In this document: in pieces, positions 62,581 through 64,000 of the stretch
Layout of the letters: each line of letters opens with the position of its first letter
Numbering within the stretch: the first letter of the stretch is position 1
Origin: Adineta vaga
Lineage: Eukaryota > Animalia > Rotifera
Length of the DNA: 64,000 nt
NCBI GenBank assembly: GCA_021613535.1
Contig: CP075494.1
Location: forward strand, 10,664,001-10,728,000
Direction: 5' to 3'
The notes under the pieces: generated by a model
Told to the model about the DNA's origin: nothing
Seen by the model: only the letters and a program-made list of their open reading frames with translations
Database searches by the model: none
Position numbers and translations under genes: made by a program

Positions 62581-63270
62581 AATGAATGGCAATACTTGTA
62601 TATAAATACGATCGATTTTATTGTCTTATGTTTGACATATTTGAAGTTTATGCTATCTTAGATTTAGTATATAAATAAAAAACAAAATTCATCATTTCGT
62701 ATATTTATTTGATTCGAAATTAGACTATTTGAAAGTTAACCAGTTATTTTGATATTGTTCTTGTATATGAAGCGAACGGGAATGACCACCGATCCTTTTC
62801 GCTTTTTTTGATGATCCTTTCGTTTACGATCTGCAGATGTTAGATCAATACGAAATATATATTTCAAAATATTCAGAATGCCGATGTCGATGAAATTGTA
62901 TCTAGTGGGTAAAATGCATCTTATTTGCAGCCGTTTTCATTCCAACAAATCTTACTATTTATTATTCCCTTTTCTGAAAGAAAATGTTATACAGCATTAA
63001 AATCATGGCCTAGAAAAGCATAAACTTTGTCTGTCCAAGTCAATCAGAATTCAGCATGCGTATAATAGTAAAAACGAATCGTTGATCACCACAGAAGAGA
63101 ACTCGAATATGGTATTCGTTTTTCAAAATGTTTCATGCTCTCTCTTCGTGAAGATAAAGATTTGTTTCTGAGGTTGGAAGGAGGATTAAATATATGTGTA
63201 ATTTTCTGTATATGTCTGATCAGAAAGGGGTATGAAGAAGAGGTGTCAGATAGATTGGTTTATGCAATAA

Positions 63271-63345
63271 GGTGTGGGTGTGGGTGTATTTGAGAATCGA
63301 TGAAACAATACTCACACTCGCATCGTCACACACATCCTCATCTTC
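63271..63345. repeat. Short hairpin element with telomere-like arms
   Basis: GG TGTGGG TGTGGG TGT ... ACTCACACTCGCATCGTCACACACATCCTCATC. Confidence 0.5.
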
Positions 63346-64000
63346 ATCAATACTGCACGTAAATAATGATGTTGAGCAAAAATGACATAATTTTTTCTTT
63401 AATTTATTAAGATTGTTTGAGTAATAAACAAGAATTCATTTTCATCTGATTTTATGTTTTTTCATTGTTCAATCATAAAATTTACTTTTCGCGTTGACAA
63501 AAGTATTTTCTTCTTCTTCTTCTTCTTCTTCACACTCGACACGTTAAAAAGGTTTTTAATGAAAAATGGATTCATTTTTTTTACGGTGTCGATAAATTAC
63601 GTAGTTGTAAGGAAAAAACAGTCAGTATATTGAACCTTCGATTTCGTATCGATTCGAATGAATTCTATATCATTAAAATATCTCTGTGTTTCGACAAGAT
63701 TATATTTACCATGTTGGTTTGTTTACTGCGACATGTTATTTACACGCATGGTTGAGAATTTTCTAGCAAATACAATCGAAAATAAAGCAACAGTATGTAA
63801 AATTTTATTTATTGCAGACTGCTTTGACGTGCAAGAGAAATATCATTGATAGAAAATCCATCTCATGAATTTTCATACTTTCAAGTTTAATCACATCTTA
63901 TTTTTCTTTTAAGAAAAGCGAAACTCGAATACAGTCACGTTATTTCAGGCATTGATTCCACCTTATCAATGTACGTGAATCGTATCGGATGACAAACTTT

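Noticed and set aside
1-64000. CRISPR arrays, rRNA, tRNA, autonomous transposase or reverse transcriptase genes
   Set aside because: None recognised by eye. The sequence is eukaryotic and shows no regular repeat-spacer structure.

Overview
This is AT-rich eukaryotic DNA with many short (~50-60 bp) GT-AG introns. It is most likely a bdelloid rotifer (inference from spliced-leader-like sequences, TGTGGG/TGAGGG telomere-like motifs, and bacterial-type genes mixed with metazoan genes). The first ~13.8 kb is an accessory, rearranged zone. It holds an inverted pair of ~105-nt SL RNA-like copies, SETD4 and Prdx6 pseudogene fragments, and a divergent pair of bacterial-type clan-AA aspartic protease homologues (one broken by a 74-bp mini-transposon, one intact but lacking the catalytic Asp). 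It also holds telomere-repeat-like hairpins, a DUF952 gene, and a ~1235-aa spliced gene made of three tandem two-TM, Cys-rich modules (candidate single-chain pseudo-trimeric channel or receptor). The remainder is gene-dense core sequence: eRF1, FPGT, Tribbles with a C/EBP-site cluster, two unannotated paralogous type I membrane proteins, an active/inactive membrane serine protease pair, a ~25-kb dystrophin locus with alternative first and last exons, the glycine-cleavage T protein, and a DDR receptor kinase lacking DFG. All family assignments are from motif recognition by eye; no searches were run.
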